Shown here piece after piece: positions 1-9,020 of a DNA stretch of 64,000 nucleotides (positions are counted from its first letter, which is position 1; each line of letters starts with the position of its first letter). The notes under the pieces are model-generated. The model did not search any database and was not told the DNA's origin. It saw nothing but the letters and a program-made list of their open reading frames with translations. This DNA is from an uncultured virus (IMG/VR IMGVR_UViG_3300044701_001985). Taxonomy: Duplodnaviria > Heunggongvirae > Uroviricota > Caudoviricetes. Made by a program: the position numbers and the translations under genes. The DNA is taken from the IMG/VR virus record IMGVR_UViG_3300044701_001985; one strand, given 5' to 3'.

Positions 1-1
1 G

Positions 2-292
2 AGGATATCTTTGGATTTAAATCATCCATCCCATTCCGAAAACGTACTAACATATTCTCTACTAGAAAAACTAAGAATTAGAGAGGTTGATTATTTTCTT
101 GATAGATCTTTGTATACATATTCTTTGAAACACAAGTATGATACTGAGTTGTTTTTGGGTGAAATTGAAAAGGGTAAATGGATAAATGATAGAAGTAAAT
201 TGCATGTATCAGATAATGTGATGCATACATTTACTAAAGATAATCTTCCTGATAATTATCCTTTAACTTATGGATGGGGACCTGGAGTATGA
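2..292 (+). CDS. 3' end of an upstream gene in the glycosylation cluster (truncated by the window edge)
   Basis: Frame is open from the window start; its stop overlaps the next ATG (ATGA coupling at 289-292). No diagnostic motif in the visible part. Confidence 0.5.
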   Translation, partial: RISLDLNHPSHSENVLTYSLLEKLRIREVDYFLDRSLYTYSLKHKYDTELFLGEIEKGKWINDRSKLHVSDNVMHTFTKDNLPDNYPLTYGWGPGV

Positions 293-993
293 AAGACTAT
301 AAAAAAGAAATAGAATTTTTCTACAACAAATTAGTAAATAAAGAAAATTTTGCTCTAGGAAAGTTTGCCGATGGGGAATGGGGAGCAATTAAAGGAACAC
401 AATTTTTACCAGCAAATGGGGAATGGGCTGCTAATGGAGATCATCCCCTTTATGAAATTGCTAGGAAAGAACTAGAAGATGCTTTGAAGTATCAACACTC
501 AGATTATTATGTTGCTATTTGTCCATGTTATCAAGATACCATTTCTTTTTCTGGACAACCAGAAAGTAATATTACATATGCAAATATCTTTGTAAATTCA
601 AATTATGAATTCTATAAAGAAAAGTATATCGAAATTTATAATCAATATGATATTCATTTGGTAACTCATAAAGATACTAATTTGGAGAATCTTCCATTTA
701 AGGTGGAAAAATTTTATCCAATAGAGTATAATGCTTGGGTATTAAATAGAGATCTTCCAGATCAAATTCTTGAGCAAAATCTAGAGGGTAAATTATTTTT
801 GTTTGCTGCTGGATCTTTTGCAAATATTCTTGCCCATAAACTATGGGATAAAAATAAGAAGAATATTTATCTTGACGTTGGTTCTACTCTTAATCCATGG
901 ACTCAGATTGAAAGATTGAAGAGAGATTACTATATGGGAAATAAGGAACTGGAATGTCTTGTTTGTCCATGTCCAAATTATAAATCAATTTAA
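289..993 (+). CDS. Putative GT-D-fold (DUF1792-like) glycosyltransferase
   Basis: N-terminal 'GKFADGE' and C-terminal 'LDVGS' resemble GT-D motifs (RFGDGE / IDIG); glycosyltransferase neighbourhood; start at coupled ATG 289. Confidence 0.55.
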   Translation: MKDYKKEIEFFYNKLVNKENFALGKFADGEWGAIKGTQFLPANGEWAANGDHPLYEIARKELEDALKYQHSDYYVAICPCYQDTISFSGQPESNITYANIFVNSNYEFYKEKYIEIYNQYDIHLVTHKDTNLENLPFKVEKFYPIEYNAWVLNRDLPDQILEQNLEGKLFLFAAGSFANILAHKLWDKNKKNIYLDVGSTLNPWTQIERLKRDYYMGNKELECLVCPCPNYKSI

Positions 994-999
994 TTAGAT

Positions 1000-1803
1000 A
1001 TGTTATCATTTAATAGACTTGGAAATCTTGGTAGACTAGCAAACCAGATGTTTCAATATGCAGCTATCAAAGGGATTGCTTCAAATAGAAATTTAGAATT
1101 TTGCATCCCACCAAAAGAAATTTTTGGAATGCAAGATCCTATGGTAAAAAATTCGGATACAACTTTGTATGATTGCTTTAAGTTGTCTGAATTTAATATT
1201 GGTCTACCACCAAAAAATACTCCAGTAGTGGAATCTACTTTTTCATTTGATGAAAATCTTTTTAATAATTGCGAAGACAATATAGATTTGATTGGATATT
1301 TCCAAACAGAAAAATATTTTAAGCATATTCAAGATGAAATAAGAAAAGATTTTACCTTCAAAGATGAAATTTTTCATCCAACCTTTGATAAATTTAATGA
1401 TATATTCTTCGGAAATGAAGTATTATCTCTACACATTCGTAGAGGAGATTATGTAAATCATAGTGCTCATCCTGTTCAACCGATTTCTTATTATAAAAAG
1501 GCTCTAGATTATTTTGATGAATCTCTCCCTGTGATTATTTTCTCGGACGATCCTGATTGGTGCATGGAACAAGATTTATTCTCTTCGGATAGATTTTTGG
1601 TTTCGGAATCTCAGGATAGTAATGTTGATTTATGTTTAATGAGTCTCTGTAACTATCATATTATTGCGAATAGTTCTTATAGTTGGTGGGGATCTTGGCT
1701 TGCTAAGAGTAAGAAAACTATTGCTCCTAGTAACTGGTTCTCTGGTGAACTATCTCATAAAGATACCAAAGACATTTATTGCGAAGGTTGGGAGATTATT
1801 TGA
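1000..1803 (+). CDS. Alpha-1,2-fucosyltransferase-like protein (GT11)
   Basis: GRLANQMFQYA, GYFQTEKYF, HIRRGDY, FSDD and IIANSSYSWWGSWL motifs. Confidence 0.9.
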   Translation: MLSFNRLGNLGRLANQMFQYAAIKGIASNRNLEFCIPPKEIFGMQDPMVKNSDTTLYDCFKLSEFNIGLPPKNTPVVESTFSFDENLFNNCEDNIDLIGYFQTEKYFKHIQDEIRKDFTFKDEIFHPTFDKFNDIFFGNEVLSLHIRRGDYVNHSAHPVQPISYYKKALDYFDESLPVIIFSDDPDWCMEQDLFSSDRFLVSESQDSNVDLCLMSLCNYHIIANSSYSWWGSWLAKSKKTIAPSNWFSGELSHKDTKDIYCEGWEII

Positions 1804-2531
1804 TGTCTGATCTTACTGTTATACTTCCTTGTGCAGGAGAGGGAACTCGCCTTTCTCTACCCTACCCAAAGGAAGTTTTTTCAATTGAAAAACATAAGTC
1901 TCTTATTGACTATAGTTTTGATTTATTTTCAAACTATGGACGTAGAGATGTTCAATTTGTTATTACATTGAATGAACATAAAACTGAAATTGTAAAATAC
2001 CTAAGTCGATATAAGCATCGATTTAATATTTCATTTACATATTTTAATCCAACTGAAACAGAGTATACTGGATCTATTAAGAGTGCTAAGCATCTTTTTG
2101 GTGAGAAGAATCTTGTTCTTCTTCCCGATACTTTTCTAAAGATGAAAACCTCTGATGATATTTTGGATCTTGTAAATAATAGTCTAAATGAGACTGGATT
2201 TACTTTCTTCTTTAAGAGAGAAAATAATGCAGAGATGTTAAAAACAAAAGGAGCACTTGTTATCTCGGATGATAACCAAGTATTGGATTATGAAGATAAA
2301 CCACAAGAAAACTTAGATAGATTCAATGCTTTCTGGTGTGCTTTTGCATTTAGAAAAAGAGTGTTTGATTCATGCATAGAATTCATGGAAAAGTCAACAC
2401 TCAATCATCGTTTGTTGGTTGGGGAAATTGAGAACACTCCACTATATAATTCAAGAGCTATTGAAGTAGATGAGTATATCGATCTTGGGACGTGGGAGCA
2501 AATTTATAAATTCATCTCAAAAAATGGATAA
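1803..2531 (+). CDS. Sugar-1-phosphate nucleotidyltransferase (NTP_transferase family)
   Basis: ILPCAGEGTRL...PKE, EDKP and YIDLGTW motifs. Confidence 0.85.
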   Translation: MSDLTVILPCAGEGTRLSLPYPKEVFSIEKHKSLIDYSFDLFSNYGRRDVQFVITLNEHKTEIVKYLSRYKHRFNISFTYFNPTETEYTGSIKSAKHLFGEKNLVLLPDTFLKMKTSDDILDLVNNSLNETGFTFFFKRENNAEMLKTKGALVISDDNQVLDYEDKPQENLDRFNAFWCAFAFRKRVFDSCIEFMEKSTLNHRLLVGEIENTPLYNSRAIEVDEYIDLGTWEQIYKFISKNG

Positions 2532-3108
2532 AAAAATTATTGTTGATTGCGACGGAGTTCTATTAGATTGGGCATATGCCTTTGATGTTTGGATGGGTGA
2601 ACATGGATATCAAAGAATTTCAAATACAAACCACCATTATGGGCAAGCACTAAGGTATGGTATAACCGAAGATGAAGCTGCTAGGCAGATTAAAAAGTTT
2701 AATGAATCTGGATGTGTTGGATTTATTCCTGCGTACAAAGATGCTGTTGAATATGTAACTAAGCTCTATAATATTGGATGGAGATTTGAAGTTATTAGTT
2801 CCTTAGATAAGGATAAGTACGCTCAAAAACTTAGAGAAAAAAATTTAATCCACGTCTTCGGTAATGTATTTGATTTTATTGATTGTGGATTAGATTATAA
2901 TGTTGGTAAAGAGGATTATCTAATTAATCGATATAGTGGTAAAGGATACTACTGGATAGAAGATTCTGTTAGAAATGCTCAATCTGGCTTGAAAGCTGGA
3001 CTAACAAGTGTTATAATGGATCATGATTATAACAAAGAGTGGGAAGGACTCAGAGTTAAGAATTGGAAAGAAATTTACGCACTAACATCAAATGACTCCC
3101 CATATTGA
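2524..3108 (+). CDS. HAD-family 5'(3')-(deoxy)ribonucleotidase-like phosphatase
   Basis: HAD motif I 'VDCDGVLLD', 'WIEDS', and the C-terminal 'YNK..RVKNWKEI' typical of NT5C-like proteins. Confidence 0.8.
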   Translation: MDKKIIVDCDGVLLDWAYAFDVWMGEHGYQRISNTNHHYGQALRYGITEDEAARQIKKFNESGCVGFIPAYKDAVEYVTKLYNIGWRFEVISSLDKDKYAQKLREKNLIHVFGNVFDFIDCGLDYNVGKEDYLINRYSGKGYYWIEDSVRNAQSGLKAGLTSVIMDHDYNKEWEGLRVKNWKEIYALTSNDSPY

Positions 3109-3781
3109 AGCAAAAAAAGGAGATTATCATCCTACAGTTTTAATGCCTGGTGATCCACTTAGAGCAAAATGGATCGCTGAAAATTTTTTAGAAACCTATG
3201 ACCTTGTTAATGAGGTTAGAAATTGTTTAGGGTATAGTGGAACTTATAAAGGAAAACCTGTATCTATTCAAGCGAGTGGAATGGGTCAACCTAGTCTTGG
3301 AATTTATGCTCATGAATTATATAACTTCTATGATGTTCAAAGAATAATTAGAGTTGGTAGTTGTGGTGGAATAAATTCCTCTTTGAGAGTTGGAGATATT
3401 GTCGTTGCATTAACTGCATCTACCGATAGTGCTATGACTAGTAATCTTTTTCCTGGATTCACAATCTCTCCATGTTGTGACTATTCTCTCCTTAAAAATT
3501 ATATGGAAGTAAATCCAAAAGCATATGTTGGAGCAATGATATCTAATGATTATTTTTACCAACCAGATAGAAATTGGTTTAGATCATTATCTGGGTATGG
3601 AATTCTTGCTGTAGATATGGAAACTCATTTATTGTATTCTATTTCAATGAAAAATAAAAAACAATCTCTTTCCGTAAATACGGTTTCTGATCATTTGTTT
3701 GGTGGGGTAGAGATGTCTAGTTCGGAAAGAGAAACTGGTTTGTTTAAAATGGTAGAATCTGTTCTTGAGAGTTTAGTATGA
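3092..3781 (+). CDS. deoD: Purine nucleoside phosphorylase (DeoD type)
   Basis: MTPHIEA, VLMPGDPLRAKWIAE, GMGQPS, IRVGSCG, VDMET and TVSDH motifs. Confidence 0.93.
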   Translation: MTPHIEAKKGDYHPTVLMPGDPLRAKWIAENFLETYDLVNEVRNCLGYSGTYKGKPVSIQASGMGQPSLGIYAHELYNFYDVQRIIRVGSCGGINSSLRVGDIVVALTASTDSAMTSNLFPGFTISPCCDYSLLKNYMEVNPKAYVGAMISNDYFYQPDRNWFRSLSGYGILAVDMETHLLYSISMKNKKQSLSVNTVSDHLFGGVEMSSSERETGLFKMVESVLESLV

Positions 3782-4632
3782 TTAATCTATTTTATGACCC
3801 TGGTTATTGGGGTGGATCTTCTAGAATGAATGGTCCAAGAAAAGTAGTAGATAATTTGTTCAATAGTCTAGAACAAGAAAATATTGAATATGCTATCAAC
3901 GTTGAAAAGTATAAGTATAATTTTCTTGTCCATTATGATTATCGTGGATATTTAAAGCATTCTGAATTAACTTTGGAGAATTGTATCATTGGTCCTCAGA
4001 TATGGTTTTTTGATCAGCATGTTAAAGAACTTCAGCAATATCCAGAAAGATATAAGTCTATTATTGTTCCATCAGAATGGGTTAAAACTTTAGCAATTGA
4101 AAAGTTTGGATTTGATCGAGTTGATGTATGGCCAGTTGGAATCAGGCATTCAAATTTAAACCGTAATGTTAAGTATGATTGTTTGGTTTACTTTAAGAGA
4201 AGATCTCGGGAAGAATTAGATAAAGTTAAAACCTTCTTGAAATCTAAAAATCTAACATATAATATAGTATCATATGGAAACTATGAAGAATCTGATCTTG
4301 AATTGTTGGCTAGTCAGTCAAGGTTTTGTTTCCTTTTAAATGGAACTGAGAGTCAAGGTATTGCAGTCCAAGAAATAATGGATTTAAATGTTCCTTTATT
4401 TGTTTGGGATTTGGAATACTGGAATGATCAAGGTGAAGCATATAAGGTTCCTGCATCATCCGTTCCATATTGGTCGGAATTGTGTGGTGAAAGATTTTAT
4501 TTGGAGTCTCAGATGGAAGAGACATTTGATAGATTTTATAGTAATATAGATATATACAGTCCGCAGAAATATGTGGAAGAAAACCTATCATACAAAGCAT
4601 CTGTAAATAAACTTTTGGAGATATTATGCTGA
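3778..4632 (+). CDS. Putative GT-B glycosyltransferase
   Basis: VPSEWV and ESQGIAVQEI resemble GT4-like motifs (E-x-x-G-x-x-x-x-E); cluster context. Confidence 0.6.
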   Translation: MINLFYDPGYWGGSSRMNGPRKVVDNLFNSLEQENIEYAINVEKYKYNFLVHYDYRGYLKHSELTLENCIIGPQIWFFDQHVKELQQYPERYKSIIVPSEWVKTLAIEKFGFDRVDVWPVGIRHSNLNRNVKYDCLVYFKRRSREELDKVKTFLKSKNLTYNIVSYGNYEESDLELLASQSRFCFLLNGTESQGIAVQEIMDLNVPLFVWDLEYWNDQGEAYKVPASSVPYWSELCGERFYLESQMEETFDRFYSNIDIYSPQKYVEENLSYKASVNKLLEILC

Positions 4633-5252
4633 TAAATTTTGCTAATTTATATGAAAAATATAATATGAATATTCGTGGTGTACTTCATATTGGAGCACAC
4701 TATGGTGAGGAAGTAAAAGATTATATTGATTATAAAATTAATAATCTTGTATTTTTTGAGCCTCTTTCAAATAGTCTAGAAATACTAGAAGAAAATCTAT
4801 CAGTATATGCAGATAAAGCAAATATTCAAATATTTCCATATGCATTAGGTAATGAAGAAAAGGATGTTGAGATGTATGTAAGTGATCATGGTGGAATGTG
4901 TAGTTCCGTTCTAAAACCAAAAATTGTTTTGGAACAGTATCCAGGTATTAAATTTCCCGGTAAAGAACTGGTAAAAATGATCAGATTGGATGATGCAGAA
5001 ATAGACATTGTTGATTATAATTTCATGAACATTGATGTTCAGGGTTATGAATTAGAAGTTTTGAAAGGATCCGAAAAGACTTTGAATAATATTGATTATG
5101 TCTATACTGAAATTAATGTAGATGAGGTATACGAAGATGCACCTCATGTTGATAAGTTGGATGAATTCCTATCAACTTATGGATTTGCCAGAGTAGAAAC
5201 AGATTTATCTGGGACTACTTGGGGAGATGCTTTTTATATCAAAAACAAATAA
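4626..5252 (+). CDS. FkbM-family methyltransferase
   Basis: LHIGAHYGE, FFEP, IDVQGYELEVLKG and WGDAFY. Confidence 0.9.
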   Translation: MLINFANLYEKYNMNIRGVLHIGAHYGEEVKDYIDYKINNLVFFEPLSNSLEILEENLSVYADKANIQIFPYALGNEEKDVEMYVSDHGGMCSSVLKPKIVLEQYPGIKFPGKELVKMIRLDDAEIDIVDYNFMNIDVQGYELEVLKGSEKTLNNIDYVYTEINVDEVYEDAPHVDKLDEFLSTYGFARVETDLSGTTWGDAFYIKNK

Positions 5253-5263
5253 GGATTAAATTA

Positions 5264-5932
5264 ATGTATAACGTTTCTAGAACATGTCAGGTTAATGACC
5301 TGAATTCAATTTATATGAAGTATTTTGGGTATCCTTCAAAAGGGTTCTTTGTTGAAGTTGGTGCCTTTGATGGAGAATCATTTTCAAATACTTCTTGTTT
5401 GGCAGATCATGGTTGGAATGGTATCTATGTGGAGCCAATTGAACCTCATTATAATGCCTGCATGAATCGTCATAAAGATAATGATGTTTATGTAGTTAAT
5501 TGTGCTATTGGTACTCAAGAAGGTGAGATTGATATCTACGTTGGTGGTCCTTTGACTACTTCAGATCCTGAGCAAGTGAAGAGATACTCTGAGATTGATT
5601 GGGCTCAACACATTCCATTTTCTCACGGAAAGTGTGAGCAAATGAAACTCGATTCACTTCTGGAACATTTTGAAGTGGAACCTGGATTTGATATTCTTGG
5701 TGTTGATGTTGAAGGTCGTGAGCATGATGTTTTTGATTCTTTCGATCTTGCAAAGTGGAAACCAAAGATGATGCTTGTTGAACTGGAAGATGAGCATGAA
5801 TCATTCCAAAAGTATCAAGATCATGTTGAAGTTCATAAAACTCTAAGAGATAAGATTCATTCTCATGGGTATGTTGAAATTTACAAAGATCATATCAATA
5901 CAATTTTTGTACGTGAAGACTTTCAAAAATGA
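5264..5932 (+). CDS. FkbM-family methyltransferase
   Basis: FVEVGAFDG..SNT, GWNGIYVEP and VDVEGRE. Confidence 0.88.
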   Translation: MYNVSRTCQVNDLNSIYMKYFGYPSKGFFVEVGAFDGESFSNTSCLADHGWNGIYVEPIEPHYNACMNRHKDNDVYVVNCAIGTQEGEIDIYVGGPLTTSDPEQVKRYSEIDWAQHIPFSHGKCEQMKLDSLLEHFEVEPGFDILGVDVEGREHDVFDSFDLAKWKPKMMLVELEDEHESFQKYQDHVEVHKTLRDKIHSHGYVEIYKDHINTIFVREDFQK

Positions 5933-6624
5933 AAATTTGCATTCTAACTATTGCTACAAATAAGTACATTCATTTTGTACAAGATCTTTATAATAATTTG
6001 GAAGAATTTTTTCTACCAGATTATGAAAAGAATTGCTTGCTTTTTACAGATCATGAAATAGAAGAGTCTTCTGATAATGTAAGAATCCATCAGATTGAAC
6101 ATGAAGCATGGCCAATGCCTACTTTAAAGAGATATAATTATTTCATTAAAGAAAAAGAGTTCATTCTTCAACATGATTATTGTTTTTACTTTGATGTTGA
6201 TATGGCTCTCAGACAAGTTGTTGGTGATGAAGTTCTTGGAGACTTAGTTGCTACGAATCATTTTTATCAATCTCGTTTTAATTCTGAGGGACAATCTTTT
6301 GATAGAAATCCAAACTCTCTAGCATATGTCCCTTTTGAAGAAAAATCAGTTTCTTACTATGCTGGTGGATTTAATGGGGGTAAAACTGAAACATTTTTGA
6401 AAATGTCTGAAGTAATTGCTAATAGAGTTAATGAAGATCTTAAAAAGGGAATCGTTGCAATATGGCATGATGAATCTCATATGAATCGTTATATGATTGA
6501 TAACCCTCCAACACTTACTTTATCTCCTGATTATTGTTATCCAGAACCAGAACTTGGTAGGCATCCGAATGATAATCCAAAAATTATTGCACTTTTAAAG
6601 AATCATGGCGACCTTAGATCTTAG
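5929..6624 (+). CDS. Glycosyltransferase family 6
   Basis: IATNKY, FTD, FDVD, YYAGGFNGG and WHDESHMNRY are GT6 hallmarks. Confidence 0.9.
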   Translation: MKICILTIATNKYIHFVQDLYNNLEEFFLPDYEKNCLLFTDHEIEESSDNVRIHQIEHEAWPMPTLKRYNYFIKEKEFILQHDYCFYFDVDMALRQVVGDEVLGDLVATNHFYQSRFNSEGQSFDRNPNSLAYVPFEEKSVSYYAGGFNGGKTETFLKMSEVIANRVNEDLKKGIVAIWHDESHMNRYMIDNPPTLTLSPDYCYPEPELGRHPNDNPKIIALLKNHGDLRS

Positions 6625-7252
6625 AGAAATTCCTGCAATTTATATTAATTTAGATTCTGATATTGAGAGAAAAGAGAAAATGGAGTCCATGCTGAAAGAG
6701 TATGGATTTAAAAACATAATCAGACTTTCAGCTACTAAACATCAAGATAGACTTGCAGGATGTTCTCACTCTCACTTTAATGCACTTAATGAAGTTGATG
6801 CTCCATTTATTGTTTTTGAGGATGATTGTATTTGTAAAAATATAGACCCAGTTATAACAATCCCAGACGATTCTGATGCAGTTTATCTTGGTATTTCTTC
6901 TTGGGGTAGAATGAATAGTCATTCTGGACCTTGTGTTTATTATGAAGAAGTGGTAGACTTTCCAGGTATAGTTCGTGTGTATAATATGCTAGGAGCACAT
7001 GCTATTCTTTATTTGAGTAAAGAATATGCAAGTGTTTGCTCTAGGATTTCTAATCATTTTTATGAAACTGCTTACCATCAAGACATTGGTTTTGCAGAAA
7101 TTCAAAAATATTTTAGTATTTACTCTTTTGACGATCCTATATTTTATCAAACGAGCTCAAATGGAACAGATCAAAAATTAAGTTCTTATCCTAGTGTTGA
7201 ATTTATTCAATTCAACAAAAATTTCTGGAAACCTACTGGATTTTATTCATGA
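6605..7252 (+). CDS. Glycosyltransferase family 25-like protein
   Basis: YINLD...R, GCSHSH and VFEDD. Confidence 0.75.
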   Translation: MATLDLREIPAIYINLDSDIERKEKMESMLKEYGFKNIIRLSATKHQDRLAGCSHSHFNALNEVDAPFIVFEDDCICKNIDPVITIPDDSDAVYLGISSWGRMNSHSGPCVYYEEVVDFPGIVRVYNMLGAHAILYLSKEYASVCSRISNHFYETAYHQDIGFAEIQKYFSIYSFDDPIFYQTSSNGTDQKLSSYPSVEFIQFNKNFWKPTGFYS

Positions 7253-8145
7253 AAAGTTTAGTTACAGGTGGAGCTGGATTTATCGGTTCTAACCTTGTTG
7301 ATCGTCTTATTGAAATTGGACATGAAGTTATCGTAATTGATAATGAGCATTCAGATGCACATGATCAATTTTACTGGAATGATAAAGCACAAAATTATAA
7401 GTATGATATTCGTGACTATGAAAACACACGCCCTCTTTATGATGGTGTAGATTATGTGTTTCATATTGCAGCAGAAGCACGCATTCAACCTTCTATTGAA
7501 AATCCTATTGAAGCGGTAAGTATTAATTCCGTTGGTACTGCAACAGTTCTTCAATGTTCTCGTGAGGCAAGAGTTAAGCGAGTAATGTATTCTTCCACGT
7601 CTTCTGGATATGGAATGAATCAGACACCTAATATAGAAACACAACCAGACGATTGTTTGAACCCATACTCTGTTTCAAAAGTAAATGGTGAAAAACTATG
7701 CAAGATGTATACAAATCTATATGGTCTTCAAACTGTTTGTTTTCGATACTTTAATGTTTATGGAGAACGTCAACCTCTCCGTGGACAGTATGCTCCTGTG
7801 ATTGGTATTTTTCTTCGCCAACGTGCTGCGGGAGAACCACTAACTATTGTTGGTGACGGAAATCAACGTAGAGACTTTACACATGTTAGCGATGTTGTGA
7901 ATGCAAATATCATGGCGGCTATTTCCAATCCTGATCCAGATGCATTTGGGCACGTTTATAATGTTGGAACTGGAAATAATTATTCTATCAATCAAATTGC
8001 TAGAATGATTGACCATCCAACTGTTAATATTGCTCCTAGACCTGGAGAAGCAAGAGTGAGTCTTGCAAATAATCAAAAAATTAAAAAAACTTTTGGGTGG
8101 AGTCCAGTAGTAAAACTTGAGGAGTGGTTGAATGGACAAAAATAA
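7249..8145 (+). CDS. NAD-dependent nucleotide-sugar epimerase/dehydratase
   Basis: LVTGGAGFIGS, YSVSK (YxxxK), RYFNVYG and GDGNQRRDF. Confidence 0.93.
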   Translation: MKSLVTGGAGFIGSNLVDRLIEIGHEVIVIDNEHSDAHDQFYWNDKAQNYKYDIRDYENTRPLYDGVDYVFHIAAEARIQPSIENPIEAVSINSVGTATVLQCSREARVKRVMYSSTSSGYGMNQTPNIETQPDDCLNPYSVSKVNGEKLCKMYTNLYGLQTVCFRYFNVYGERQPLRGQYAPVIGIFLRQRAAGEPLTIVGDGNQRRDFTHVSDVVNANIMAAISNPDPDAFGHVYNVGTGNNYSINQIARMIDHPTVNIAPRPGEARVSLANNQKIKKTFGWSPVVKLEEWLNGQK

Positions 8146-8917
8146 ATCTATGTATAAGCTGGAAGGTTTTGGACCTGTTTATTGTATCAATCTTGACGGT
8201 CAACCAGACAGATGGGAGTACATGAAATCTCAATTTGAATATTGGGGGATTGAAAATTACACTAGAATCTCTGCATGTGATGGTAGAGATGATGATCTTG
8301 GCGACATATTAAAAGGTAGGTATCCAGAAAATGTTTCTTCTGGTGAAGTTGGTTGTATTACTTCTCATTTGAAGGCAATTAAATATTGGTATGAAACTTC
8401 TGATAGTCCCTACGCAGTCATTATGGAAGATGACTGTAAATTGGATGTTGCTAGATATTGGAATTTCACTTGGAGAGAATTTTATTCCAAGATTCCTTAT
8501 GATTGGGATGTAGTTCAATTAGCAATAATTTGTACTGGTGATATTCATGTATCATTGCATAAGAGATTTGTTAATGATTTTTCAACAGCTTGTTATATTA
8601 TCAATAGGCATCATGCTGAGAAACTACTGAGATTTCATACTAAAGGTGATAAATTTAAACTTGATAATGGTATTAAACCTCGTCCAGTTGCTGATGATTT
8701 GATTTATAATTCAGGAAATACTTATAGTATTCCTCTCCTTCTTTATCACATTCCTCTTGGATCTTCTATTCATCCAGAGCATATTGATGCCTTTCATAAA
8801 GGAAGTCACGATGGAATTCTCAATTTCTGGTCCCAGAACGGAGCAAATATTGATTTGACTGCTCTTATGGATTACAACCCTTATCTTGGTAGAGTTACGG
8901 AACCTTCACAAAAATAA
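8132..8917 (+). CDS. Glycosyltransferase family 25
   Basis: CINLD...R, GEVGCITSH, IMEDD and WDVVQL. Confidence 0.85.
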   Translation: MDKNKSMYKLEGFGPVYCINLDGQPDRWEYMKSQFEYWGIENYTRISACDGRDDDLGDILKGRYPENVSSGEVGCITSHLKAIKYWYETSDSPYAVIMEDDCKLDVARYWNFTWREFYSKIPYDWDVVQLAIICTGDIHVSLHKRFVNDFSTACYIINRHHAEKLLRFHTKGDKFKLDNGIKPRPVADDLIYNSGNTYSIPLLLYHIPLGSSIHPEHIDAFHKGSHDGILNFWSQNGANIDLTALMDYNPYLGRVTEPSQK

Positions 8918-8918
8918 C

Positions 8919-8947
8919 TTGACTGATCCCAAAATAAATGTTAAGAT
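8919..8947 (+). promoter_or_regulatory. Sigma70-type promoter of the porin gene
   Basis: TTGACT-N17-TAAGAT with extended -10 TG. Confidence 0.6.
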
Positions 8948-9020
8948 AAGTCCCATGACCAACCATGCCGCAACTACTTGCATGGTTGGTCACTATGTCG
9001 TTTAGTACTAAAACACTTTT

